From the NCBI GenBank assembly GCA_951406725.2, contig OX597817.1:87172001-87236000 (forward strand): a stretch of 64,000 bases of DNA, given 5' to 3'. The DNA is from Octopus vulgaris (lineage: Eukaryota). Within the stretch, counting starts at the first letter, position 1; the number at the start of each line of letters is the position of its first letter. The notes beneath the pieces were generated by a model. That model worked only from the letters and a program-made list of their open reading frames with translations. It did not search any database and was not told where the DNA came from. Position numbers and translations under genes: made by a program. Shown here piece after piece: positions 14,020 to 27,054 of the stretch.

Positions 14020-14226
14020 GTGTGTGTGTTTGCCCCACCCCACTATTGTTTGACAACCGATGCTGGTGTGTTTGCATCCCTGCAAGTTAGCTGTTCGGCA
14101 GAAGAAACTGATAGAATAAGCACCAGGCTTACAGGGAATAAGTTCAGGAGTCGATTGCTTCGACTAAAAGGGGGTGACTTCAGCAGGTCCACCATCAAAT
14201 GACTGAAAGAAATAAAAGAATAAAAG
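14020..14226 (+). mobile_element. tRNA-SINE family A, 3' half
   Basis: ttgacaaccgatgctggtgtg ... tgactgaaa, matching the other family A tails. Confidence 0.8.
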
Positions 14227-14499
14227 TATGCCAGAAGAACGTCCGTACCACTAAACCAAGAAGTTTCTTTGAATAAGTACGATGTATTTTAAGGCTGAAT
14301 AGTAATTCCGTTTACGTTTGCGTAACTGAGATACTTTGGTTGGAGTATATAGTTATCGGTTTTACACGTATATTCTGTAACTGTCACAGTATAGAAACAT
14401 TTCTCGTGGCACCATCACACAAATTACAGGTACTTACATTTTTTAAATATTTTCCGTGAAATTTTTCACGGGTCCAGCTAGTTATTATCATTATTTGAT

Positions 14500-15060
14500 G
14501 ACAAACTCTCGTCGCTAACAATGTGCCATACCGTTTCACTTCTCTCATCACACATTATGTATTTCTTGATGTCGGTAGTGTTGTCTATTCTGCACTTCAC
14601 ATTGTTGGTCCTTATCGCTTGTTCCTGAGCTGCGCAAATAAGTGCTTCTGTCTCTACCTTCAGGTCACTCCCCCTCATCCATAGCCGGTCTTCTGTATCT
14701 GTCTTGGTGTTCGCATCTCTTTCAAATTGACTGTACATTTTTTCTCCTTCCATGCTGTTTCTGTTTTGTGCTCATTTCTTCTGTAAAATTTGCATTACAC
14801 AATTCTTAGTTTTGATGACACTGGTCTTATTCGTATGTTTCAACAATGGTTCCATGGCATATTTTACATACTACCCTAAGCTGTTTTCTTCTGCTTCGAT
14901 AGTCCTATCAACTGATCACACCTTTCCCACCCTTTCTTCTGGACAAGTGCAGCCTATCGGTGTCACTCTTAGGGTGGAAGGCTCTGTGTACTGTCAACAT
15001 TTTTCTTTTCTTCATATCCATTTTCATCACCTCTCTTTTGCAATTTTAGAATTCCAGCTC
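14500..15060 (-). mobile_element. RLE-type (R4/Dong-like) LINE internal fragment
   Basis: LHPKSDTDRLHLSRRKGGKG and WMRGSDLKVETEALICAAQEQAIRT...ETVWHIVS. Confidence 0.85.
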
Positions 15061-15062
15061 CA

Positions 15063-15258
15063 TACCTTTCTACAATAGGCACAAGGTCTGAAATTTTTGA
15101 GAAAGACAAGTCGATTACATCCACCCCAGTGCTCGACTAGTACTTATTTTATCGACCCTGAGATGAAGAAATGCAAAGTCGACCTCGGCAGAATTTGAAC
15201 GGACGAATTGCTGCTAAGCATTTGCCCGGCGCGCTAATGATTCTGCCAGCTCGGCGCC
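15063..15258 (-). mobile_element. tRNA-SINE family B variant
   Basis: Head ggcgccgagctggcagaatcattagcgcgccgggc, B box gttcaaattc, conserved central block. Confidence 0.8.
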
Positions 15259-15979
15259 TTATATATACATATATAAGCATGCATATATGGCTGCATGTGT
15301 GCATGTATGTATGTATGTATGTATGTATGTATGTATGTATGTATGTATGTATGTATGTATGTATGTATGTATGTACGTACACACATACATACATATATAT
15401 ATATATTTATATATATATATAAAAGTAGAAATGCACACCACAAGGTAAATATAAGGATATTTTAGTATTTTCTTTATATGCGTTTATTTCTATACATTAT
15501 TCTACAACGGTACTGATCATGACTCTGAAATGATTTTTATATCATTTCGAAACACTCTCAGTGAATATATTCCTCGTTTAAACTAATTTAGAGACGCTCT
15601 ATGACGATCATATCTGTCTTGTTACCACACAAACACACACACGCACACACACACACAGACACACAAATCCCCCTAGCCCTATATGCGTTATATACATGCG
15701 TGTGTCGCTATGTATGTGAGGGTATGTGTGCGTGTGTGTGTGTGCGTTTGTGTGTGTCTGATGAAAATCGACCTCATAAAACTGTTAAGAGAGAAATTAA
15801 TTCATTACTTGAAAACTCATTAATTTTGATACGTATACAGTTATTGTATTTAGGTTAATAAATCACTGTATTTGTGTGATACTGTGTTATACTGATGTAT
15901 TGAGTTAACTATGCTAACTATGTGCGTTTTATACATACATACATACATACATACATACATACATACATACATACATACA

Positions 15980-16013
<34 letters not shown>

Positions 16014-16026
16014 CACACATACACAT

Positions 16027-16257
16027 ATGAGGGTCGGCTGAAAATTCATAGACTGCCTATGAAGGAATGATGCTACAGCTGTGAAATCTTGCATGCATTA
16101 ATTTGAACCCTTCTTATTAATAACTGCAATATTTCTTTCCATGTAATGTGATATCTGACTGCTAAAAGAAGACTTCAAATGTAACGGGTAGCGACATCTC
16201 TTAAAAATCGACAAAATGTGACGTCATGTTATTATCAAGTACTTGCAGAAAAAAAAA
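16027..16257 (+). mobile_element. Mariner 5' end fragment
   Basis: TIR-like tatgagggtcggctgaaaattcata, then a transposase N-terminus remnant DKM*RHVIIKYLQKK. Confidence 0.6.
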
Positions 16258-16259
16258 TG

Positions 16260-17352
16260 CATACTTTCTTTTCCATTTGTTCTCTCTTCTGCAATTTTCT
16301 TTTTTGCTACTTCTGCATCTTCTATCTGCATCTCCTCCAAATTGCCTCTTCTCTTTTTTTTTGCGGCCTTTTTGGAGGCGATAATGCATTTTCCTCCCTT
16401 TTTTTCTTCCTCTTTCCGACTGGGTATTTCCCTTCTACTGTTTCCATTACTTCCTTTACCTGGCCTTGCGCCACGACACCTTGCTTCACCTCCTGCTGCT
16501 GTTGCTCCTGTTCCACTTCTTGTTTCATGGGACACCTCGCTTTCATGTGACCCCGTACTCCGCAGTGGTAGCAGATGGGAGGTCTTCCTCCATTACCCCT
16601 CTTAGTTTGACCACCTCCGGCAATACAATCTCATCCACAATTTTATGCAGATCCGAGACACTGATCTGGACCGTCATCTCAAGGCCGTATCCAAACCAGT
16701 TTACCTCTGTTGTCCTCGTGACCTTCAGGACATTGGTTTCCTCCCCCCGTGTTGAAGAGGATAGCTTCCATCAGCCATGTTTCATCAATTCTAATTCTAG
16801 TTGGTAGTAGAGCCCACTTATTCGACCTTAATTGCCGCACTTCTTGCTTCTGGTGCAATACGTCGTAAGGTGCTTCACCTCCTCGAGGCACTCCTCCATT
16901 GCTTCAATGGTTGCTATTTCCACATTTTTGCTGATGTTAGACAGTGTTCTATACACAACCCTTCTTTTCGCTCTTTCTTCCAATATTTCTTTTGGAGGGG
17001 TCAGTCTCAGGCTGCTTCCTTCTTTAACAATTAGCTCGTTAGCTATTCTTAGTTTTCGTTCGTCGAATTTTACTTCCTTGACCTGCACAACGTCGCTATT
17101 TATACCCCTGACTGCTGCTGTAGCATAGCTGACGGCTGGTTGACTCTTCATAACTTCGTTGGTCACAAATGACACGAAAATTTCCAGAAATTGTTTTCAC
17201 AAAATCACAGAAATTTTCTACCCCGCAGTTTTCCGCAGGACAACAGTTCAAAATTCCAATAAAATGTTCAATTCAAATACAACATAAAACCGCAATAACA
17301 AAACAGGAAACGAACTCACATACCGCAGGTAACAACTGAAAACTACACTGTG
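16260..17352 (-). mobile_element. Gag/ORF1-like pseudogene of a non-LTR retrotransposon with a CCHC zinc knuckle and its 5' UTR
   Basis: Frameshifted ORF from about 17175 containing SYATAA. GRPPICYHCGVRGHMKARC (C-X2-C-X4-H-X4-C) lies at 16532-16573, followed by a K/E-rich tail. Confidence 0.8.
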
Positions 17353-17464
17353 TTGCAGACGAAAAAGGCGTGGCCTTGCTAGCTATAGATGCCTATCTGC
17401 TTTTGTAAACATCAGCAAAAAGGGGCAAATAATTCAAGTGAAATGCATTCGCTGATTTCGAAAA

Positions 17465-17812
17465 TAGAAATAGTACATTTCGAAATCTCTCAGAGCACAA
17501 TAAAATGATGGTATGCTGTCAACTTAATGTGACAGTTCCATGAAAGGGAAGAATACTACTGCTATTTAGCCATAGGAAACGCTGTTTCCTGTTGGCCTTG
17601 ACATATTTCCTGTGTCCTTATGTTTACAAAGGGGAGATAAGCACCTCCACCCAGCAATCAGAGACTAGTTTCAGAGTCATTGCTCATCTTCTGTCTGGAG
17701 TATCATAGCTCCCTTTCATGGGACTGTCACATTAAGTTGACAAAATACTGTCACTCTATTGTGCCGAGAAATTTAGAAAAATTTAGAGAAATTTAGAAAT
17801 ATATTATTTCTA
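17465..17812. repeat. Older inverted repeat (arms about 17465-17549 and 17710-17812), PLE-type fold-back
   Basis: tgtcaacttaatgtgacagttccatgaaaggga / tccctttcatgggactgtcacattaagttgaca. The interior resembles the 9750 element. Confidence 0.8.
17659..17697 (-). ncRNA. Minimal hammerhead motif (U4A, probably inactive)
   Basis: CAGA-CAGAAGA-T-GAG caatga CTC-T-GAAA-CTAG-TC-TCTG. Stem III is the palindrome ACTAGT and the triplet is GUC. Confidence 0.7.
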
Positions 17813-18026
17813 GCAGAATCAATGTAAATACTTTTGGTCCGTGAATTTGCTACTATGTTAAATAAGTCGAATTATCATTAATGCTTGAAACTCAAGAATT
17901 CATTCGACGAAAAAGGTTTTTTAACAATGATGTAATGTTTTCGTTAATCAATAACTGTAATCGTTGGAAACGGGTGTAATGAATTGTAACCAACACCTCT
18001 TTGTTACTCATATATATAGAGATAGT

Positions 18027-18222
<196 letters not shown>

Positions 18223-18352
18223 CAATATTTATGGTACGGATCATATGTTTGTGTGTGTGTATGTATGTATTGCAACAAGAAATTCTCCCAAGCGTCATAT
18301 AAAGTGTAAACTTATCTATGTACAAATATTCATATATATATATGGGGCAGGG

Positions 18353-18419
<67 letters not shown>

Positions 18420-18637
18420 TAAATATATGTATATATATATATATACACATATATGCATGTATGTATGCATATACATACATGTATATATAAATGTTTGTAT
18501 TTATAGATATATATATCCACATACCTACCCGCAAACACGTTTCCATATCCTAGCATGTACAAAACCCCTTCAACCACACCAACACACACACACACTCATA
18601 CGTACACACACAGTGCATATTTATACACACATACGTT

Positions 18638-19307
18638 TTTCTATTCTTTTACCTGCTTCAGTCATTTGACTGCGGACATGCTGGGACAAAGCATTAAAGG
18701 AATTTTTAGTCGAAGAAACCGACCCTAACACTTATTCTTTTAAAGCATAGTACTTATGCTATCGATGACTTTGCCGAACCGTTAGGGTACGGGATCGTAA
18801 ACACACCGACACCGGTTGTCAAGCAATGGTGGGGGAACAAACACAGACATACTAAGACATACACACACTTAATCATATACGAATATACACGACGGGCTAC
18901 TTTCAGTTTCCGCCTACCAAATCCATTCACAAGGCTTTGGTCGGCCCAAGGCTATAATATAAGACACTTGCCAAAGGTATCACGCAAAGGTACTGAACCC
19001 GGAACTGTTCCGGAAGGGTGGCGAACTGGCAGAAGCGTTAGCACGCCGGGTGGAATGCTTCGTGGTATTTCGCCTGCCGCTACGCTCTGAGTTCAAATTC
19101 CGCCGAGGCCGACTTTGCCTTTCATCCTTTCGGGGTCGATTAAATAAATACCAGTTACGCGTTGGGGGTCGATATAATCGGCTTAATCCGTTTGTCTGTC
19201 CTTGTTTGTCCTCTCTGTGTGTAGCTCCTTGTGTGCAGTAAAGAAATAGGTACTGAACCCGGAATCATGTGCTTGGCAAGCAAGCTTCTTACTACACACC
19301 CACGCCT
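18638..19307 (-). mobile_element. Full-length tRNA-SINE family A, interrupted by a family B SINE
   Basis: Tail at 18638, body to 19004, head resumes at 19248-19307. Confidence 0.85.
19005..19247 (+). mobile_element. tRNA-SINE family B, full length, with target-site duplication
   Basis: aggtactgaacccggaa is duplicated at 18988-19004 and 19248-19264. A and B boxes are present. Confidence 0.9.
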
Positions 19308-19450
19308 ATATATATCTGTACACACACAGATACACACTGGCGCACACAGATACATACACAAACACACACACGTATATGTATAAAGTCATACTTTTTCCTC
19401 TGTGCTCTTTTTGCGTAGGTTTGTGATTAAGTGTGCAGAGACATAGATAT

Positions 19451-19503
<53 letters not shown>

Positions 19504-19508
19504 GTATG

Positions 19509-19558
<50 letters not shown>

Positions 19559-19830
19559 TATATATTTACTTTTATCGGAACTTGTACGATTAATGCATAG
19601 GCTATCTCTGAATATGTAACATTTAAACTATATGATTCATAATATGTACGTACGTACGAATGTATTTATGTATGTATGTATGTACGTATGTATGTATTTA
19701 TGCATGTATGTGTATATATCTATCTATTGTATGTATATTCACATATATATATATATATATAGTATGTATATTTATATATACATACATAGATACATACATA
19801 GATACATACATGCAGACATACATACATACA

Positions 19831-19910
<80 letters not shown>

Positions 19911-20073
19911 TGATTGCAATGCAATGAGCCCAAAAGGGACATCAACATTGTTATGTTTTAATATTAAGTAGATGAATATTTATCGATTTTTGAAATAAAT
20001 ATGATTGAATGGACGATTATAAAACATATTGAACTCGCCAAATCGGAATGATTGAAATATATTATTACTACAA

Positions 20074-20133
<60 letters not shown>

Positions 20134-20505
20134 TACTGACAAACACACACACAAACACACATAAACACACACATAAAAAACACACATACACACACACACA
20201 CTCATGACTAGGCACAAAAGAATGATATATATATCTATATATATGCGTGAGTGTTCATGTTTGTGTGTGTGTGTGTGTAAATATACTGATATAAACAAAT
20301 ACCCGCGCACACGCACGTACACCACACAAACACTGACGCACGTATATATATATATATATATATGTAGACGTACACACGTAGATAACTTGCGCATGGTTGT
20401 AATTGTGGATATGTATTTTGCGTCATAAAATCATATTATCACTAACGTATTAGTATATACCTTCGTGTATACATTTGTAAAATCGTACCTAGTACGTCTT
20501 TCATG

Positions 20506-20539
<34 letters not shown>

Positions 20540-20543
<4 letters not shown>

Positions 20544-20758
20544 TAAATGAAAGAATGGAGTCAAACGAAGATGTTAACAAAATTCCTTTACTCTCGACAC
20601 ATGTTTCGAAGACAGCATATTTTTATTCCGAAGGAATAAAGATTGCATAATGCACCCTTTATTCCTTCGGAATAAAAATATGCTGTCTTCGAAACATGGG
20701 TCGAGAGTAAAGGAATTTTGTTAACATCTTCGTTCGACTCCATTCTTTCATTTATTCA
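20540..20758. repeat. Inverted repeat (~101-bp arms, 17-bp spacer) carrying the 3' half of a hammerhead; element extends to about 20913
   Basis: 20540-20640 is the reverse complement of 20658-20758. Contains C-GAAA-CATGTG-TC-GAGAG (minus arm). (TA)n lies on both sides of the element. Confidence 0.9.
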
Positions 20759-20911
20759 CATACAACACACAAATTTCTACACATGAACCCGGAGTTTCTA
20801 CCCCTGACAGGTCGCTTCAACCGTGTTTTCTGACGTGAATTTGCTACCCAGGTTTCGGTTAAACGAATTTTCCATGCTGACGCTAAACATAGGATAATTC
20901 ATTCACCTACT

Positions 20912-20956
<45 letters not shown>

Positions 20957-21032
20957 CAAAATGAGATAACGATAACAAAGCGAAGACTGTGAGTAGTTTT
21001 CAGGACATTTATAAGGAAAAAGATATAGGAAT

Positions 21033-21081
21033 AGTCTTCCAGCTGTTTCTAGGATATTATAGATATCCTTTCATCAGAGAC
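21033..21081 (-). ncRNA. Minimal hammerhead motif with a mutated cleavage triplet, in a PLE-like remnant (about 20953-21400)
   Basis: GTCT-CTGATGA-A-AGGATAT ctata ATATCCT-A-GAAA-CAGCTG-GA-AGAC. U16.1 has changed to G. Confidence 0.75.
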
Positions 21082-21839
21082 GATATGAGATGGTTAGATA
21101 TAAGCATTTGAGTTCAAAATAAGGAATTGTGTTATGGAAAAGGAGGCGATAGGGAATACAGAGAGTAATAAGAGAATGAAAGTAGGAACAAAATATAAAA
21201 TATATAATGATATTGTAGTTGCAGTTCCATTATTCGAGGAAAGTGGGGTAAAAATGTTTCCTGTACATGTTGTGTACGTTCCAATAGCAGTTCATGTTTA
21301 GTCATTTCAAATATGGAGCCGTGGATTCTGTGTTGCTCATTCGAAAGGGTCTTGAGGTGTGAATGAAAATTTCAGAAAATTTTGGTAGTATTTGTGGATA
21401 GATAGTGGTGGTGGTGGTGGTGGTGGTGGTGGTGGGAGATGTGTGTGATAAGAATGCGGGGATAGGTCTTAGTGATAAAAGGAAAAGAAAATGAAGAAGA
21501 AAGAGAGAACAAACAAAAGAAAAAGGGAAAGAGTGAAAAAGTGAAGAGAGGGTGAAAGAAGTGAGAAAAGGAGTAGCAGCTGGTGGTCAAGATAATGTGA
21601 GAAGAGGATGGGAGAGGAGTGGGGAGGGATAGGAAGAAATGAGAAGGTAAGGAGTGAATAAGTGTGAGATATATGAGTATGAGTTTTACGATAGAGCTGC
21701 AGTAACGGATGGGTAGAGAAAAAGTATGGGTATCTAAATATATAAATAAAAGGCATATAAATACATAAACATGCAGATGAATATACATATATATGTACGT
21801 ACGCGTGTATATATCTATCTATCTATATCTATCTATATA

Positions 21840-21885
<46 letters not shown>

Positions 21886-22165
21886 GAGAGAGAGAGAGAG
21901 ATTCTATTGACAATACAATAATTTATTTATATTACAATATTACATTAAATGCTATGAATATAATATATTACACAGCATAATATTATATAAATAATTATAA
22001 AAAGCGTTAAGGTCAACAAATTGTTTCGGGATATATATTTTTTTCTGATATACATAATCACAGTTCCACTGTATATAAGTCACTTCAGGGTTCTTGGTTC
22101 AGAAAGTACCAGTGAATTGGTTGTTTAACACACTCTTTTGAAGGATTTCTTTTCCTCAGTTTCTT

Positions 22166-22253
<88 letters not shown>

Positions 22254-22374
22254 TAGATATATATATGTATATATCTATATGTGTGAGTGTATACATATAT
22301 AAAAATATATGAATATGTAGATATATATATGTACGTATGTGTATGTATATACATATGAATGTGTATATATAAAT

Positions 22375-22417
<43 letters not shown>

Positions 22418-23333
22418 CGTATATATATAGAGAGAGATAGAGTGATAAAGAAAGAGAGTTGGGAGAGAGAGAAAAGGAGAAAGGAAGAAAGTGAGAAAGA
22501 GGGTAACTGATTATAACTCCGGTTAAAGAAATTGGATGTTCACGGTTAGATCCTCGCTAAGGTCTGATGGTGTGGGTTGACCTAAAGTTAAAGAAGAATT
22601 GATGAGTTATTGTTGCTAAGTTCACGTCTCCATCCGTTTAGTCTCGGAAATGTTTGATCGCTGTTACTACACAGCCTTAAACAGAACCTTCCCATTCCAA
22701 CAAATCTTTCCCGGTCATCAATGAGGTGATTTTGTCTTCTACAGTTTTGGTTAGCTACTCGTTTTGTACTGGGCGTTTCTTGTCTTTGGCAGGTGCTATT
22801 TTAACCCTCCTTGATGCTCTCATTTCTTAACTACTAAGCTGTTGGCAGGATACGGTTTAGGAATCAACCATCTGAACATGAGATAGATGGTTCCAGGTTA
22901 TATAATTACTGTAACACGAAAAACATAACCCACTGAAATGTACTGAAAAACACCCCTGTGAATGATATTTTTGGACCCAGTGAAACGAATATTGTTACAT
23001 CGGAAATCGTACATTCTGTATCAGAGATATCTCAGATAAATACAGTATGTGATTATCTCGCATCAACGACATGATAGTATATACATATATGTTTCTAAAG
23101 TACTGAATTATTAACGTGGTGATGGTGGTGGGCGGTGGTTATTGCTGTTTAATCCTATGTGGACAGGGAAAGGATCAATGACAAATTATGACTCATCCTT
23201 CTCATCCTCACAAATTATATTCAAGGCTGTAATATTAACGTAAAAGTGTTTTCTCGAAACAACATTATTAATGATTTTCGAGCGATTTAGCTATTAACTC
23301 CAGCAGATTCAGATGTTTGTATCACTGATGTTG

Positions 23334-24585
23334 TATGAGAGGTGTTCATTAAAGATTTCCCCGGAACCACTTCTCAAGGACTGGGGTAAACGAAACTTCA
23401 CATAATTATTAGTCACCTATATAGCCACCACCAATGGTGACACACTTCTCCCATCGCTTTATGGAGACCCTATCTGTAGATGTCGGTAGATTGCGTCTGG
23501 GGCCAAGACTTACCTCGGAAATAAGTTCACCATCATCCGAAAAGTACTTCCCCTTCAAAAAATGATTTCATGTTTGGAAAGAGGTAGAAGTCAGATGTAT
23601 CGATATCGGGAGAGTAAGGAGGATGGTGAAGGATTTTATAGCCACACGAGTGTGCTTTCATCTGGGAAACATGCACATTGTGATCTGGGGCGTTGTTTTG
23701 GTGGGCTCCTTTGGTCAGCTTGCCGCACCTCTCTACTTTGATGGCGTCCTGTAGCAGAGAAGCATAATATGCCCTGTTAATTGTTGTGCCCTTTGCCAGA
23801 AAATCCAGCATCACTACTCCGCGCCGCTTCCAAAACACTGTGAGTATCACCTTGCCTGCCGAGGGTTGGACACGAACCTTCTTTGAAGGTGGTGAGTTAT
23901 CAATTTTCCATTGCTTCGACTGGACTTAAGTCTCAGGACCATAATAATCGGCCCATGTTACATCCTGTGGGATAAGTCTGCCGAAAAAGTTCTCGTTTTC
24001 TTGGCACATTGCCAAAAGAGCCTAGGAGCAATTGACTCGTTCCTGCTTCTGAAAAGATGTTTGCATCTGGGGAATCCATCATGCAGACATATTCCGCATG
24101 TGCAAATGATCGTGAATGATTTTTTCCCACCAACCCTTCACGTATCTTCACTTCTTGGGCTCATTACCAAATAGTTATGCGGCGATCCTGAAAAATAGCG
24201 GCTTCCATTTTATAGATGGTGCCGTCATCAATGGCGGAATGTGGTCGTCCAGGAATAAGAGCTGTTTCCACTGATGTCCGACCACATTTGAACTGGCAAT
24301 GCTAAATGACGTCGTATGTTGGTGCATAGTTACCATAAATATTCATCTCATCGAAAGTCTCTTTTGGTGTACAACCTTTCAAGTATAAAAACCTGATCAC
24401 TGATCTGCATTATAACTGCCTCCATTATGACACCTTCAGCGGCTGTAAAAGACAAATGAATACTAGTACAAAGCTGCAACTAACAATGTGCCATGTAAAG
24501 ACATCTATGATTATATCTGTTCAGGTACTGTTTCCTGTAGTAACTGAAAGTGGGTCAGGAGAAATCTTTAATGAACACCCTTTGT
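23334..24585 (-). mobile_element. Near full-length mariner (DD34D-type) transposon with a pseudogenised transposase
   Basis: ~35-bp TIRs ggtgttcattaaagattt. Motifs RSVIRFLYLKG, SAGKVILTVFW, HQNNAPDH and HPPYSPDI..SDFYLFP. Confidence 0.92.
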
Positions 24586-24678
24586 TTTTTATTGTTGTTA
24601 TTGTTGTTGTCTAAGTCGTATTGAATGAGTTTGTTTGTGTGTGTGACGGAAAATAGAATACACGGGAAACATTATTGC

Positions 24679-24782
24679 CCACAATAATCGTTTCGACACA
24701 TCCTGCATCGACCACTCGTGGGTGGGAAACTATACAGCTATTTGTTGTGCATCCTTTGATGGAGAAGCATCTCGTCAGGTGA
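24679..24782 (-). ncRNA. Hammerhead motif with a long loop II and degenerate stem III
   Basis: TCAC-CTGACGA-GATGC..(~65 nt)..GTGTC-GAAA-CGATTATT-GTGG. Same family as 59028-59124. Confidence 0.6.
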
Positions 24783-24876
24783 CGGAATAAGAAGTATCTC
24801 ATTAAATTTCGCTCGCATTTAATTCAACATGCTGTTAGTGTCCGTAGGTTTAATTGCTGATGTAGATCCAGTGGCA

Positions 24877-24937
<61 letters not shown>

Positions 24938-25352
24938 TATATATATGTTAGTACGTTTAAATATTTGTTGTGCAAGATTTTTTATGTGAAGTCGTGTGTT
25001 GAAACAGATATTGTTATATTTCGGAATGGTCATTTTGCCAGTTTAGCCAATAAAAACACACGCACTATATATTTGGTGTTACTTTGCTTCAGTGTTATTT
25101 ATTTTTTACATTAATCTTAATCTTATTTCGGCCAGAGTTCTTTCGTCACACTCCTGTCACACTCTTGTATTTTGTATTTTTTATTTTGTTTTTTGTTTTT
25201 TGTTTTTGTTTTTGTTTTTGTTTTTGTTTTTGTTTATTCTTATTTTGTTCATGTGTTTACATCCACCTATTATTATCATTACATATGCTTGTATGTATGT
25301 ATGTATGTGTGTATAACAACAATACTAGTAATAATAATAATAAATTGAATCG

Positions 25353-25448
<96 letters not shown>

Positions 25449-25519
25449 GTTATTTATTTATTTATCTGTGTATTTATTATGTTTTCAGGATCCTCTATCG
25501 TCATATGTTGTGGTGTGTG

Positions 25520-25767
25520 TTAGTGCTCCATTATAGTTTTCTATTCAGGCTAGGTTTATTTTCTATTATGTGTGTAGCTTCTGTAATTTGTCTAATTGTT
25601 GCATCTGATCTATGTGTGGATAATATTTTAATTTCTATGTTATTGATTGATACCCCGTGTTCTTGTTCGGCGTGTTGGTACAGAATCGATGAGCTTTTAC
25701 CTTCTTTGAGTTGTCTCCAATGCTCATTTACCTGCTCTTCTATGCTTCTTGCCGTTTCCCCTACATG
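25520..25767 (-). pseudogene. GIY-YIG endonuclease C-terminal half (Penelope-like element)
   Basis: HVGETARSIEEQVNEHWRQLKEGKSSSILYQHAEQEHG...DATIRQITEATHIIENKPSLNRK. Missing from the ORF track because it has no start codon. Confidence 0.88.
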
Positions 25768-25963
25768 AACATATAAAATTACAAATTACATGAACATATA
25801 TAAACAGAAGATACAAATATTACAGGCATCCCCCACATACACACACTAAATAAACATAAACGCACATAGAGATATAAGCATGCGCAAATGAAGACATACA
25901 ATAGAAATACAAAATGGCTGACGGTTAGTAAGGAGAGACACAAATAAGTGAGAAGAAAACAAA

Positions 25964-26008
25964 GGACCACTGATGCGGTCACAGGAGTGTGACGAAAGAA
26001 CTCTGGCC
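25964..26008 (+). ncRNA. Minimal hammerhead-like motif (A9C variant)
   Basis: GGACCA-CTGATGC-G-GTCAC aggagt GTGAC-GAAA-GAAC-TC-TGGCC. Confidence 0.6.
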
Positions 26009-26275
26009 GAAATAAGATTAAGATTAATGTAAAAAATAAATAACACTGAAGCAAAGTAACACCAAATATATAGTGCGTGTGTTTTTATTGGCTAAACTGG
26101 CAAAATGAACATTCCGAAATATAACAATATATATATATATATATATTTTTTTTCAGTGAACAGGTCGCGGTCTCAAAACGATCAAAATATTTTAACAAAT
26201 TAAATTTAAATGTTGAAGTGAATCTAACGGCGTTTGTGTGTTTCTTAAATGGCTTATAAACACCTTCCACGCTGC

Positions 26276-26306
<31 letters not shown>

Positions 26307-26571
26307 CTAGCAGTATCGCCCGGCGTTGCGGTTAGTTTAGACCCTTTAGAATTGGAATTTTTGAAAAGTAAAAATTTGACAGTATGTAGCTTGTTATTCT
26401 CTTTAAGTGAAATACACCGAAAAATGACGACACACCAGTCAAAACATCGTAAAAAATAGGGATTTTCATAGAAAAAAGGCACCTTTTTGATGTAAATAAT
26501 TTTTGGTATTAACATGGTGCGATTTGAATTTTTTCTTCTACGAAAGGAAGAGTTAGCCTTCTTCTATCATA

Positions 26572-26607
<36 letters not shown>

Positions 26608-27003
26608 TACGAAAAAAAACCTCCAGGCTACATCGCGAAAATTCATTTCTTTGCCGAATTTCTACAATGTTTACGGCGATTCGTTTTTATATCTTGATTT
26701 TTTATTTTTCATGCAATTTACGCATGTTTGCACGCGTGGTAAACACAGTTCACGTCAAACAGCTGACTGAATAAAGTTCCCTATTCAATGCATAGGATAA
26801 GGCCTAAACAAACACATTATCGATTTTTGCACTTGCGAGATGAATTTCGGAACAGAAATAGCGCAGTTCAATTTTCATTTGCCTAAACTATAAGTGACCC
26901 ATTTTTGGTGGTTCTACGATTTGTTGGCTAGGAGGAGATGTGCCGGGAAGTTAAACACACAGACACACACACAGATACACACACAGACACACAAGTTGAG
27001 TGT

Positions 27004-27010
<7 letters not shown>
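26307..27010 (-). mobile_element. Non-autonomous Helitron-like element(s)
   Basis: The minus-strand 3' end gcaacgccgggcgatactgCTAG-T closely matches the Helitron end at 51021-51043. The 5' boundary is uncertain. Confidence 0.6.

Positions 27011-27051
<41 letters not shown>

Positions 27052-27054
<3 letters not shown>

Larger units (their letters stand above)
24950..26130. mobile_element. Penelope-like element 3' fragment with an inverted terminal duplication
   Basis: Arms 25008-25157 and 25981-26130 are near-perfect inverted repeats enclosing a GIY-YIG fragment. Flanked by (TA)n. Confidence 0.88.

Noticed and set aside
15511-15562. Possible hammerhead (CTGATCA..hairpin..GAAACACTCTC)
   Set aside because: G8 is lost, stem III is not palindromic and there is no stem I pairing.
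22500-22900. Possible decayed PLE endonuclease on the minus strand
   Set aside because: Only a vague resemblance; no motif could be read with confidence.
25084-26054. Apparent duplicated ORF MLQCYLFFTLILILFRPEFF on both strands (likewise LCRIEDAVMVSS at 9620-10400)
   Set aside because: A by-product of the inverted repeats, with no recognisable domain.
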